Numbered from the stretch's first letter, positions 1 through 9,180 are shown. The stretch: DNA of 64,000 nt from a virus (IMGVR_UViG_3300046779_001841:32001-96000), one strand, 5' to 3'. Numbers and translations: made by a program. Notes: generated by a model not told the origin, from the sequence alone.

Positions 1-237
1 AAACTTATATTCAGATAAGTTTTTCTTAATGGTTTCTTTTTTAAAGAATGGATTGGACGAATTGCCATAGTAATCATTAGCTTGACTTAATGATGTTGCA
101 GTCTTTTGACCAGAATATCCTAAATGGAAAGAACCATCTGCATTATGGTGAGTAATGACATAAAGAAATCTAACTTTATGATCATCACTAAAATCTAGCA
201 TTTGTTGAAAATCTTGTTTGGAAATATTAAAAGACAT
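1..237 (-). CDS. 5' part of a GIY-YIG-like protein, tandem paralog of 317..1222 (runs off window)
   Basis: nt 1-283 closely match nt ~990-1266. Translates MSFNISKQDFQQMLDFSDDHKVRFLYVITHHNADGSFHLGYSGQK with the same AAGGA RBS. Confidence 0.8.
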   Translation of the reverse strand, partial: MSFNISKQDFQQMLDFSDDHKVRFLYVITHHNADGSFHLGYSGQKTATSLSQANDYYGNSSNPFFKKETIKKNLSEYKF

Positions 238-316
238 AAAGGTCAATCCTTGAGATGAGATTTATAAAAACTATCTTATATTATTTTTGTTCTACCATAT
301 ATTAAAATAAGCAACA

Positions 317-1222
317 CTATTGCAATCGTTTCTTGTATTTCTTTCCTTTGTTATTACCACCTTTAATCCAGCCTTCAGATAAATAAGTTTCTAATTCTTC
401 TTTCTTTATTTTTTTAAAAGCACCGTCTTTAGTAATAGAGATAAGACTTTTAGCATTACTGCCTTTAATCCAGCCATCAGATAAATAAGTTTCTAGTTCT
501 TCTTTTCTTACTCTTTTTTCAATATCATTTTTAGTGATAGAGATAAGACCTTTACTGTGATTGCTTTGAAACCATCCTTGAGATAAATAAGTATCTAGTT
601 CTTCTTTCTTTATCATTTTAAATTCATCATCTTTAGAGATCCAAATAAGACCTTTACTGTGAGTACCTAAAATCCATCCATTAGATAAATAAGTATCTAG
701 TTCTTCTTTCTTTATTTTTTTAAAAATATCTTCTTTAGAGATCCAAATAAGACCTTTATTATGATTTCCCAAAATCCATCCTTGAGATAAATATTGATCT
801 AGTTCATCATTCTTCACTCTTTTAAAAGCATCATCTTTATTAATACAAATAAGACCTTCTGGAGAAGAACCAGCACCAAGATTTTTATTTGTCCATTGAT
901 CTTTAAAAAAATCTTTTAAGTATTTGTTTAATGCAAGTTCACTTGCACATAACTCTTCTTTGTTTTTGCAATATCCTACAATACACATCTTGTATTCAGA
1001 TAAGTTTTTCTTAATGGTTTCTTTTTTGAAAAAAGGATTGGTCGAATTGCCATAGTAGTCATTTGCTTGACTTAATGAAGATGCAGTTTTTTGACCAGAA
1101 TAACCTAAATGGAAAGAACCATCTGGATTATGATGAGTGATGATATAAAGAAATCTAACTTTACAATCTTCGCTGAAATTTAGCATTTGTTGGAAATCTT
1201 GTTTGGAAATATTGAAAGACAT
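317..1222 (-). CDS. Divergent GIY-YIG (Seg-like) endonuclease with five 34-aa C-terminal repeats
   Basis: N-terminal FLYIITH...LGYSG...DYYGNS...ELAL...NKNLG resembles the Seg-type GIY-YIG layout. ATG at 1222 follows AAGGA. Confidence 0.6.
   Translation of the reverse strand: MSFNISKQDFQQMLNFSEDCKVRFLYIITHHNPDGSFHLGYSGQKTASSLSQANDYYGNSTNPFFKKETIKKNLSEYKMCIVGYCKNKEELCASELALNKYLKDFFKDQWTNKNLGAGSSPEGLICINKDDAFKRVKNDELDQYLSQGWILGNHNKGLIWISKEDIFKKIKKEELDTYLSNGWILGTHSKGLIWISKDDEFKMIKKEELDTYLSQGWFQSNHSKGLISITKNDIEKRVRKEELETYLSDGWIKGSNAKSLISITKDGAFKKIKKEELETYLSEGWIKGGNNKGKKYKKRLQ
347..856 (-). repeat. Five tandem 102-bp (34-aa) coding repeats GLIxIxKxxxxKxxKxxELxxYLSxGWxxxxxxK
   Basis: Visible directly in both DNA and translation. 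Confidence 0.95.
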
Positions 1223-1263
1223 AAAGGTCAATCCTTGAGATAAGATCTAAAATCTATCTTATA

Positions 1264-1428
1264 TTATTTACAAGGATTATTTTCTTTATCTTTATCAGTT
1301 TTAATTAGTTTTAAGTCTTTATCATAGATACCAGTGTTAATAAGAACTCTTTTAAATCTTTCTTTATCAGCAACAACAATCTTGATGCTTTCTAAGATGA
1401 TTTCACAATCAGTTTTTTTATTATTCAT
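1264..1428 (-). CDS. Small hypothetical protein
   Basis: ORF with AAGGA RBS before MNNKK. Confidence 0.55.
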   Translation of the reverse strand: MNNKKTDCEIILESIKIVVADKERFKRVLINTGIYDKDLKLIKTDKDKENNPCK

Positions 1429-1489
1429 AGTGAAAATCCTTTTCATATATTATAATACTCTTTGTCTATAGTCATTATGGAGTATAATA

Positions 1490-2578
1490 ATGAATGAACA
1501 AGAAATAGCAAAAGAAATCGCTAAAAAATATGGTTTGAAATTCTTATCTGAAAGTTATAGAGATAACAAAGAAGTAATAATAGAAGCCTTAATGCAAGAT
1601 GCTAGTGATTTTGCATATCTTAGAAAAGACTTGAAAGATGATTGGGAGATCTTACTCACTGCATTAAGATCATCTAATGATCGAAATAAAAAATCTTTCT
1701 TCTCTATTGGAGAACATAGTAGAGATGAAAGATTTTTTAAAAATTTATATGTTCTAAGCTATTTAGAACATAATTCTAAATATTTAGATGCAGATTCAAT
1801 AACAAAATTCTGTTGTACAGAATCTCTTTTGGAAGTCTTTTTACATTTACCACGATGTGTAATAGATACTTTAAAATATGAAAAAGCTATTTTTGATAAT
1901 CCCTTGATGAAAATCCGATACTCTAAGACAAGAGAAGATGTTCTTAAACTTAAAAATAAAATTTGGTGTGATAGATTTAAAGAAAGAAGATATTGGAGAG
2001 AAAATTATCAAGAATATATGTCACCAGATATAGAAACATATTGTTCTATCTTTAGTGATGATAGAGATGTTGCTGAAGTTTTGGTTCTAGGTGCAGGTAG
2101 CTGGATAAGTCATTTCTCAAGTGAAATATCAAGTGATCCTGAAATTTATGCTTTAGCTTCTTATGAATATGAAGATTTAATACATAAAATAGATGTTGAA
2201 GATCGTGGAAGGATATATCAAACTGAAAATTGGAGATTCTTTAATAATAAAGAAATATACCTGAAGAACCTAGATCAATGGTTAAAAATAGAATTTTCAT
2301 CAAAAGATTTATATCTAATACAATCTAAAAATATAGGTAGTATTAAAATAGGTATTGCACAAGATTGTAATGCTAGACTTAAACAATTACAAACAGCCAA
2401 TCCTTATGAACTAAAATTAGTTCATGTTTTTAAAGGTATGGGGAACTTAGAAAAATACTTGCATAAAGAATTAGATGCCTTCAAATTACAAGGAGAGTGG
2501 TTTTCTTTTGATTGTAAAGAACATTTACCCAAAGTTTTATTAAATTTAATACCAGAAAATCAATGGTGTATTCTTTAA
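1490..2578 (+). CDS. DUF4116-like repeat protein fused to a C-terminal T5orf172/MUG113-type GIY-YIG domain
   Basis: N-terminal LSESYRDNKEVIIEAL...LKDDWEILLTAL repeats. C-terminal LYLIQS...IKIGIA..CNARLKQLQTANP...EKYLH......QGEWF. Confidence 0.75.
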   Translation: MNEQEIAKEIAKKYGLKFLSESYRDNKEVIIEALMQDASDFAYLRKDLKDDWEILLTALRSSNDRNKKSFFSIGEHSRDERFFKNLYVLSYLEHNSKYLDADSITKFCCTESLLEVFLHLPRCVIDTLKYEKAIFDNPLMKIRYSKTREDVLKLKNKIWCDRFKERRYWRENYQEYMSPDIETYCSIFSDDRDVAEVLVLGAGSWISHFSSEISSDPEIYALASYEYEDLIHKIDVEDRGRIYQTENWRFFNNKEIYLKNLDQWLKIEFSSKDLYLIQSKNIGSIKIGIAQDCNARLKQLQTANPYELKLVHVFKGMGNLEKYLHKELDAFKLQGEWFSFDCKEHLPKVLLNLIPENQWCIL

Positions 2579-3588
2579 AATAAAGAATACATTTGCCTTT
2601 TTTCACAAAAAAAAAGATCTTTCACTTTATCTTCTAAAAGACTTTGACATCCTATTATATAACCATTCTCTAAATGTTTTATTAGAGTTTTATGTTGTCT
2701 TTCTATATCAAGATCCTTTCTATTTAAGATTAGTAATTTAACATCTTTATTGATTGGATGTTTTAATGTTATGGTTCTAGCTTTTAATTTCCAACATAAA
2801 TATAATTTTTCAAGCATATTGTCTTTATGCACCAAAATAGTATTACCAGCTAAATCTATCATAGGCTTATTTGATTTTCCTAATATCACTGAATTTCTTA
2901 GTTTTTCTTTTACTTCAAGTCTAGCTAAAGATTTTCTTGATGCTTGTCTTTGTCTTTCTTTTACTTCAGATGTAGCTAATGCTTCTTTCATTCTTTTCTT
3001 TTTTAATTCTCTATGTTCAATATTTTCCCAACTTTTTTTAGTAGCATTTGATCTTTTTAACTTATGTTCTTCTGTGGCAAAAGCCTTTTTTTGACTTAAA
3101 GTTTTTTTCTTTTTAGTTTCTTCACTTTGTTTAAAACCACTCATGCCACCTTTTCCACCTACCTTAATATTATAACAAATCTTAAGACCCTTAACAACAC
3201 AACCATATTGTTGAATAAAGTTAATATCTAAAAGAGTAGCTTCTTCTTGATATGCAGATACCGAATCTTTAAAGAATTTTAAGATAAACTTTTTGAAATT
3301 CTTTTTTCCATATTTCTCAATAGCTAAATTAAAAGGGCAAATGTCTTTTCTATTCCTATTACCACTGCCTATATAAGAATTGACATTATTAACATGGGTG
3401 TGTTTACCTATATAGAACTTCTTAGTGATTAAGTTTTGTGTTAAGTAAATATAATGGTATCTACCATCATCACCTTTTTTAGGTTTAAGATTTTCTACAT
3501 CATACTTAGTAAAAATCTCATTTACTATTTGATTTGCTTTTTCTTCTTGACCATCAATAGAAATAGATGTATCTTGAGCATAACTCAT
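2575..3588 (-). CDS. Seg-like GIY-YIG homing endonuclease with NUMOD3-like repeats
   Basis: HYIYLTQNLITKKFYIGKH...YIGSG, YNIKVGGKGG, then GFKQSEETKKK and a basic helical repeat region. Confidence 0.8.
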   Translation of the reverse strand: MSYAQDTSISIDGQEEKANQIVNEIFTKYDVENLKPKKGDDGRYHYIYLTQNLITKKFYIGKHTHVNNVNSYIGSGNRNRKDICPFNLAIEKYGKKNFKKFILKFFKDSVSAYQEEATLLDINFIQQYGCVVKGLKICYNIKVGGKGGMSGFKQSEETKKKKTLSQKKAFATEEHKLKRSNATKKSWENIEHRELKKKRMKEALATSEVKERQRQASRKSLARLEVKEKLRNSVILGKSNKPMIDLAGNTILVHKDNMLEKLYLCWKLKARTITLKHPINKDVKLLILNRKDLDIERQHKTLIKHLENGYIIGCQSLLEDKVKDLFFCEKRQMYSLF

Positions 3589-3707
3589 ATAGACCTCGCT
3601 TTGTTTTTAAGGTTTATTTGGGATGTGCCTATATAGGTTCTCGCAAAACTTATTTAGGCTTCTTTTAATTCTTATACTCTAATAAAAATTATAAAACAAT
3701 TATTAAA

Positions 3708-4166
3708 CTAACCATTCCATCTAGCACGACCAGTTGGAAATCCTTCGACTTTAATTGCTGTCCTCGAATCATAGTGAACCCAACCTTCCTCTGGAGTGGA
3801 TCTTGGATAAATTCCCAATCCGCCTTCAGTCATTTTACCTTCTTTAATTAACTTCTCAATTAAAGAAGCAACATCTTCAGGTTTCATACCTTTGACTTTA
3901 ATATCGGCCGCACCTGCTGTTTGGTGAATGGATTTCTCAGCACCACCCACTGCTTTATTTCTATCAGGACTTCTATATCCACTCATGATGGTGATAGGTT
4001 TGCCACAAGCATCTCTTAATACTTGAAGATTTTTCAATAGCTTTTCAGCATTTGGTAATAATTCAGCAGGAATACGGTCATAGTATTCACATTCTGCATA
4101 GGAGAAATTGGTGACACCAGCTGGTTTACCTGGTGTCTTTTCATTAGCAGTCAATAACTTTGCCAT
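3708..4166 (-). CDS. Peptidase M15 (Zn D-Ala-D-Ala/L-Ala-D-Glu type) endolysin
   Basis: LRDACGKPITIMSGYRS...SIHQTAGAADI...WVHYD motifs. Confidence 0.88.
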   Translation of the reverse strand: MAKLLTANEKTPGKPAGVTNFSYAECEYYDRIPAELLPNAEKLLKNLQVLRDACGKPITIMSGYRSPDRNKAVGGAEKSIHQTAGAADIKVKGMKPEDVASLIEKLIKEGKMTEGGLGIYPRSTPEEGWVHYDSRTAIKVEGFPTGRARWNG

Positions 4167-4171
4167 GATGC

Positions 4172-4423
4172 TTATCCTTTCATAGATCTTTGAATGAGAT
4201 TACATTTCTTTTCTAAGTTCTTTGCCATTTCATATATATCATAGAGATCAGAATCTATTTGTTTCTTCAAAGAACGAATTGATGAATTTTCTACCAATTC
4301 TGTTTTGAGTTCTTTATCTCTTTCAATAATATTAGAACCTTGTTCTACCATAGCTTGAATTTTTTCTGCCATATCGGAAACTTTGGCATAGGTGTCCATT
4401 GGACTTGCAAATCGTCTAAACAT
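4172..4423 (-). CDS. Hypothetical helical protein
   Basis: ORF directly upstream of the endolysin. Begins MFRRFAS. Confidence 0.6.
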   Translation of the reverse strand: MFRRFASPMDTYAKVSDMAEKIQAMVEQGSNIIERDKELKTELVENSSIRSLKKQIDSDLYDIYEMAKNLEKKCNLIQRSMKG

Positions 4424-4493
4424 TTTTATATCTCTTTGTTAGATTTTATTAAAACATAGTAAAATATAAATGGATTATTAAAGAGAACAGAAC

Positions 4494-5807
4494 ATGATGA
4501 AAAATTTAGATAAAGACATTAAAGAAATCGCAACACTACTCGCAATATCTCATGGTTCAAACCATAAAAATATTGCTCTTTATAGAAACGATGAGATTTT
4601 TCTAAATCCATCTGCAAAGAGTACGATACTCGCTTGGAAATCTAATCCTATTCTTCAATATTTTCTTTTTCAAACTTGTGGTGAAGGTGATGGTTCAAAA
4701 ACTGCAGTCTTTATTTTAGCTAGTCTTATCCTATCTTATATCAAATGTCCTTTTGATAATTTGCCAGTGCATGACATAGATTTACCTGCAACATATCCAA
4801 ACAAAGATGATCTGAAAGTAATGACTAAAGAAGTGTTGAATGATGAATTGCCAGAAATCGTATATGACTTTTTACTTGGTGATAGTAATGCACATATCTC
4901 AATAGAAATAGGTGAGAATACAAGTTTTGAAGTTCTACATAGTGAAGCATTTATAACAAAGACTACATATAGTGGATATACAGAAGATAAGAATGTTAAA
5001 GGTGCAATGTTGGCTTTCTTTACTTATCCACTTTTAACAATAGATGATGTTAAAGATTGTTTAGAAAATCAAATTGAAGGACGACCTGTTATCATCATTG
5101 CACCTATAATATTAGGTGAAGCATTAAAGACAATAAATCTAAATCGCAACAAAGGTATTATTGAATGTTATGCAGTCGAGTGTCCAAAAATATTTGATCA
5201 AGGTGCATGGCTTGAAGATTTGGCATCTTTCACTGGTGGGAAAATTGTAACAAGACTAAAGAAATTTGATTACCAAGAAGATTTTGGATCTGCATTAGAA
5301 ATTTGTTTTAAAGAAAAAGAAATGCTTGTTGAACAATATGAAGATCATTTAGAGAATACAGTGAAAAGAATAGAGCAACTACAATATGAATTATCGCAAG
5401 AGAAAATCTTTTATAAAGCAGAGCAACTTCAACAAAGAATAAGTAATCTACAAGGCAGTTTATTAAGATTAAAGGTAGGTGGAATAACACAACTTGAAGC
5501 AAAACATAGGAGATCAATTTGTGAAAAGTTAATCATTTCATTAGTGCAGTCAGTAAGGTCTGGCATTTTACCAGATGGTTTGATTTTAAGTTTGGCAAGA
5601 ATAGAAACAGAAAATGAGATATTGAATAAAGCATTGAGATCGAGTTTAGAGATTGTGAAAAAGAATAGCAATATGAAAGTAGATGAAAGTAAATTGAAAA
5701 TACCATTTCCAAAAAGTAGAGCAATCGAAATAATCAATAATGCAGTTTCTATAGCTACTCTTTTAACAAGTGTAGAAAGAGTAGTGAATGGAAAGACTAA
5801 GATTTAA
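4494..5807 (+). CDS. groEL: Divergent GroEL/Cpn60-like chaperonin
   Basis: GEGDGSKTAVFILA (GDGTTTAT-like), CYAVECP...LEDLASFTGGKIV, QLQQRISNLQGSLLRLKVGGITQLEAK, NNAVSIATLLTSVE, all in GroEL order. Confidence 0.8.
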   Translation: MMKNLDKDIKEIATLLAISHGSNHKNIALYRNDEIFLNPSAKSTILAWKSNPILQYFLFQTCGEGDGSKTAVFILASLILSYIKCPFDNLPVHDIDLPATYPNKDDLKVMTKEVLNDELPEIVYDFLLGDSNAHISIEIGENTSFEVLHSEAFITKTTYSGYTEDKNVKGAMLAFFTYPLLTIDDVKDCLENQIEGRPVIIIAPIILGEALKTINLNRNKGIIECYAVECPKIFDQGAWLEDLASFTGGKIVTRLKKFDYQEDFGSALEICFKEKEMLVEQYEDHLENTVKRIEQLQYELSQEKIFYKAEQLQQRISNLQGSLLRLKVGGITQLEAKHRRSICEKLIISLVQSVRSGILPDGLILSLARIETENEILNKALRSSLEIVKKNSNMKVDESKLKIPFPKSRAIEIINNAVSIATLLTSVERVVNGKTKI

Positions 5808-6204
5808 GTTTTTTCAATTCTTCATTGAAATCTAAGATATTGGTGTTTTCTGTTACACTATCAAAAAGATCACCAAGTTTCTTTGCAAAATCTCTAAGTT
5901 TGATAGGAAACTCATTTTCCCAATACATGAAGTTATCTATGTTATCACATTCTAACACACCATAGATACTATGGTAGGGAATAAAAACATCTTTGATCCT
6001 ACCACCAAAACTTAATTTGGTTTGAATGCCATCATCAGTAAAGAAGATAGGATTAGGATATTTATTGCTTAATGTAATTCTAACAACATCTTTATGTTGC
6101 AAATGTGTTGGAAGGATAACACCATCTTGAGTACCATCAATAAGTACAAGAATTTTGCCAAAAGACAAGAAAGATTGGATTGTTGTTTGTTTTGTGTTTT
6201 GCAT
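5797..6204 (-). CDS. sspB: SspB-like ClpXP adaptor (stringent starvation protein B family)
   Basis: VLIDGTQDGVILPTHL...ITLSNKY...FTDDGIQTKLSFGG...VFIPYHSIYGV. Confidence 0.7.
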   Translation of the reverse strand: MQNTKQTTIQSFLSFGKILVLIDGTQDGVILPTHLQHKDVVRITLSNKYPNPIFFTDDGIQTKLSFGGRIKDVFIPYHSIYGVLECDNIDNFMYWENEFPIKLRDFAKKLGDLFDSVTENTNILDFNEELKKLKS

Positions 6205-6248
6205 TTGGTTTTTCCTTTTTTGTTAGGTTTAGTTTTTTCTTACAATCA

Positions 6249-6280
6249 TATAACACTTGTCATCATGCTATCTTTGCAAC
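6249..6280 (-). promoter_or_regulatory. Class I (sigma70-like, early) promoter motif GTTGCAAAG-N3-GC-N6-A-N-AAGTGTTATA
   Basis: gttgcaaagatagcatgatgacaagtgttata. One of 10 copies; upstream of the sspB-like gene. Confidence 0.8.
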
Positions 6281-6717
6281 AGACTTGAAATATTTTCTAA
6301 AATAGCATTAAAGCCTTCTTCATAATTGATAGCTTTAACTTCTTCAATGGTATCTGTATCTATAAGAAAAGCATTTTCAGATCCAGATTTAGTTCCCATT
6401 TTCCATAATCTAAAATCTTCATTCCAAAGACCATTATCTGATTTAGTGCATACAGAAAGACTGGAATCACCTTCTTCAAACAAGCCACCAACTTCTATAA
6501 TAGAAATTTTTGGATTATCTTTAGATGTATAGATTTGAGTTAAAGCACCATTCTCATTTGTAGATTCTGTTACAAGTTCAAAATCAATTTCTTTTAAGAA
6601 ATCAGAAATGCAAACATCAATATTGTTATGTTCAACATTCTTAGCTTGTACATATTCATAATCAATGATGAAATTTGCCAAAGACATTCTTTTACCATTT
6701 TCAATTTTTGTAATCAT
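6268..6717 (-). CDS. Hypothetical early protein
   Basis: ORF with AAGGA RBS downstream of a class I promoter. Confidence 0.7.
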   Translation of the reverse strand: MITKIENGKRMSLANFIIDYEYVQAKNVEHNNIDVCISDFLKEIDFELVTESTNENGALTQIYTSKDNPKISIIEVGGLFEEGDSSLSVCTKSDNGLWNEDFRLWKMGTKSGSENAFLIDTDTIEEVKAINYEEGFNAILENISSLLQR

Positions 6718-6759
6718 GGTTTCTTTTCCTTTTTTAGGTTAAGTCGTTATCGACAAAGT

Positions 6760-6791
6760 TATAACACTTCTGGATAAGCTATCTTTGCAAC
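6760..6791 (-). promoter_or_regulatory. Class I promoter motif followed by hairpin GTCG-ATAA-CGAC (6743-6754)
   Basis: gttgcaaagatagcttatccagaagtgttata. Confidence 0.8.
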
Positions 6792-6796
6792 CAACA

Positions 6797-7114
6797 TTAA
6801 TCTTTTTTGTTGGTTTCATTGAGATCATTGATAGCAAACTGGATTTGTGTTTTAATCCAATTAAAGATTGTATTTTCAAGATCTTGATCATTTTTTGAGA
6901 AAGCATAAGTGCCTTCAACAATAGTTTCTTCATCATAATTCACTTGAATATCTGATTGAACACTTTTTTCTCTTTCAACAATAGAAAGAAAAACATCAAG
7001 ACCATTTTCTAAACAATAAATTTGTGCAGTCAAATGACCATGCTCTACATGGATTTCACATTCCCAACCTTTTTGAGATTGGATTATGTTTTTAATTGTG
7101 TCAAAGTTATACAT
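6797..7114 (-). CDS. Hypothetical early protein
   Basis: Start re-assigned to MYNFDT on the basis of an AAAGGA RBS. Confidence 0.65.
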   Translation of the reverse strand: MYNFDTIKNIIQSQKGWECEIHVEHGHLTAQIYCLENGLDVFLSIVEREKSVQSDIQVNYDEETIVEGTYAFSKNDQDLENTIFNWIKTQIQFAINDLNETNKKD

Positions 7115-7133
7115 GGATAATTTCCTTTCTTTG

Positions 7134-7319
7134 TTAAGAACATTTTCTATTGATGATTTCAACATCTCTAGTAGGTTCAATGTAAAAGGTGTCAATAAGA
7201 ACACCTTGAGAAGACCAAACTTTGTATCCAGCTTGGTTAAGGATTAAAGACAAACCACCTTTGGCAAACAAGTTATCACCAAAAGAAGTCCAACCACTTG
7301 CAATCAATAAGTCTTTCAT
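7134..7319 (-). CDS. Small hypothetical early protein
   Basis: RBS present; first gene after a class I promoter. Confidence 0.65.
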   Translation of the reverse strand: MKDLLIASGWTSFGDNLFAKGGLSLILNQAGYKVWSSQGVLIDTFYIEPTRDVEIINRKCS

Positions 7320-7360
7320 TTGATTTTCCTTTCAAGAAAACTTTTCACTACCGACATAAC

Positions 7361-7392
7361 TATAACACTTGTCATTAAGCTACCTTTGCAAC
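7361..7392 (-). promoter_or_regulatory. Class I promoter motif
   Basis: gttgcaaaggtagcttaatgacaagtgttata. Confidence 0.8.
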
Positions 7393-7450
7393 GAATGTAA
7401 AAAATTTTATAATCTTTTTATAAAGTATTGTTTTTAAAAAGGATTGAAAC

Positions 7451-7723
7451 ATGAAACACAAATTCAATAAGAAACAAAAAGAGTATCATCTAAAACGAGG
7501 TGAGTATTTATATATACCATGTAATTTATCAAACTACTTATCGGAATATAAGATAAGCAGTAATCGTTCTTTAGGTTGCATATATATAAAGATGAATGGT
7601 CGAATAGAAAAAGTGCAATGTGGTTTAGAGATAACATTAAAAAGAACAGATGATAAATTTGAGATTGTGTATAATATATTTACAGATGTAACAGAAGATG
7701 AAGTAAGATTTGATATAGAATAA
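7451..7723 (+). CDS. Hypothetical protein
   Basis: ORF with AAGGA RBS. Confidence 0.6.
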   Translation: MKHKFNKKQKEYHLKRGEYLYIPCNLSNYLSEYKISSNRSLGCIYIKMNGRIEKVQCGLEITLKRTDDKFEIVYNIFTDVTEDEVRFDIE

Positions 7724-7729
7724 TATAAG
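7721..7729 (+). promoter_or_regulatory. Class II upstream motif TAATATAAG
   Basis: About 35 nt before the macrodomain ATG. One of 9 exact copies located 29-43 nt upstream of starts. Confidence 0.55.
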
Positions 7730-7763
7730 ATAGGTAGTGTTTTTATTTTTAAAAGGAAAAACT

Positions 7764-8348
7764 ATGTATGAGATAACAAACAAGTCGATCTTTAATGCTG
7801 GAACTCAAGTGATTGTTAATGCAGTGAATACAGTTGGTGTAATGAGTGCAGGAATTGCATTAGAATTTAAATTAAGATACCCAGAAATGTATAAAGATTA
7901 TTATGATCGTTGTGCAAAGGGTCAAGTAGAACTTGGTAAAGTTTATCTGTATGAAAATATCTTAAATTTTCCAACCAAAGATCATTGGCGAACACCATCT
8001 AAAACAGAATGGATAGATCAAGGATTACATCATTTTGCCAGAAACTATAAAGCACTTGGTATCAAATCCATAGCATTTCCCAAATTAGGTTGTGGTCATG
8101 GTGGTTTAGATTGGGTTAAAATTCAAAAGATGATGATCCATTATTTTGAACCACTGCAAGATATAGATATTAAGATTTGTCTGGATAGTGCAGAACCAGA
8201 AGGTTTAGAAAAGAAGATGATTGATTATGTAGTGAGTAAAAATCCAACACTACAATTAGAAAGATTTAAAGATTTAAGATTCATTTTAAATGATCGCAAT
8301 GCTTACGAACAGATTTTTCAAAAAGCATATGAAAAGAGTATTATTTAA
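7764..8348 (+). CDS. Macrodomain ADP-ribose glycohydrolase, DarG/Poa1p-like
   Basis: IVNAVNTVGVMSAGIALEFKLRYPEMY...ILNFPTKDHWRTPS...SIAFPKLGCGHGGLDW. Confidence 0.85.
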   Translation: MYEITNKSIFNAGTQVIVNAVNTVGVMSAGIALEFKLRYPEMYKDYYDRCAKGQVELGKVYLYENILNFPTKDHWRTPSKTEWIDQGLHHFARNYKALGIKSIAFPKLGCGHGGLDWVKIQKMMIHYFEPLQDIDIKICLDSAEPEGLEKKMIDYVVSKNPTLQLERFKDLRFILNDRNAYEQIFQKAYEKSII

Positions 8349-8766
8349 TCCAAACATATTCCAAATTGGCTGGTGTTTCTTTAAATAAGTCTGCATAGTG
8401 TTCTGGTTTCTTTTGAATAAGTTTTGATCTATGGCTTAAATGAAATTCTTCATTGCCTAACCATGATGGCATATTTTTATTGTCAAAACTTTCCATTTTA
8501 GAAACAAAGAAATTCTTTAAATTATCTTTATAACCTCTTGCAATCCATTCATCACAAATCGCAATAGCATATAGACAAAGAGCATATTCATAACCATTCC
8601 ACATAAGAACAATAGGATGGTTGAACCAAGCACCAGTATTTTCAGTTTGTCTTTTAAGATTTGTTAAAAGAATTTGATATGCTTCAACTCTTTGTTTTCC
8701 AAGTCTTTGTCTATCAAGAGATTTAGCAGTAGCAGTAAAATCTGCATAAGGTAAAAAAGTTTGCAT
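8341..8766 (-). CDS. Pyrimidine-dimer DNA glycosylase/endonuclease V-like (MSMEG_6728 family)
   Basis: MQTFLPYADF...LDRQRLGKQRVEAYQIL...HPIVLMW...P.WLG.EEFHLSHRSKLIQK.P.HY. Confidence 0.85.
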   Translation of the reverse strand: MQTFLPYADFTATAKSLDRQRLGKQRVEAYQILLTNLKRQTENTGAWFNHPIVLMWNGYEYALCLYAIAICDEWIARGYKDNLKNFFVSKMESFDNKNMPSWLGNEEFHLSHRSKLIQKKPEHYADLFKETPANLEYVWIK

Positions 8767-8780
8767 AATATTTTCCTTTA

Positions 8781-9110
8781 TTAAGCATTAAACTTTGCAT
8801 AGGTATCTAATAAGTAGGTTCTCATTTCAGAGATTTGCCTAATATCAAACTCTTTACTATCTGATTTCTTATTAAAAAAGATTTCAAAATGTAGAATATG
8901 TGGTTTAACAAAAGAAAACATCACATATCCATTTTCACTGGCAATAAATTTTGCTCTAGCAAGATCTTGATTAAAAATTGGTGATTCTGCATCTGTGAGA
9001 ATATCACCTAATTTATCTTTGATAAAAGATAATAAGACAATAAATTTGCCATTGTATGTATACATAGCATCAAATTTGGCATTGATCTTTTTTATCTGGT
9101 TTTCATCCAT
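8781..9110 (-). CDS. Hypothetical early protein
   Basis: RBS present; downstream of a class I promoter. Confidence 0.65.
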   Translation of the reverse strand: MDENQIKKINAKFDAMYTYNGKFIVLLSFIKDKLGDILTDAESPIFNQDLARAKFIASENGYVMFSFVKPHILHFEIFFNKKSDSKEFDIRQISEMRTYLLDTYAKFNA

Positions 9111-9148
9111 TTGTGTTTTCCTTTTGGATTAGTCATTATTGACAATCA

Positions 9149-9180
9149 TATAACACTTCTCATTAAGCAACCTTTGCAAC
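9149..9180 (-). promoter_or_regulatory. Class I promoter motif followed by hairpin GTCA-ATAA-TGAC (9132-9143)
   Basis: gttgcaaaggttgcttaatgagaagtgttata. Confidence 0.8.

Noticed and set aside
2750-6936. Overlapping ORFs such as 2750..3094+, 3454..3636+, 5308..5737-, 6094..6532+ and 6739..6936-
   Set aside because: They lie antisense or out-of-frame to better-supported genes and have no RBS or family motifs. The same applies to similar ORFs at 15673, 17187, 17931-18713, 44853-46481, 50996-51412, 54031-54367, 56514, 57288-58918, 59555-60060 and 62870.
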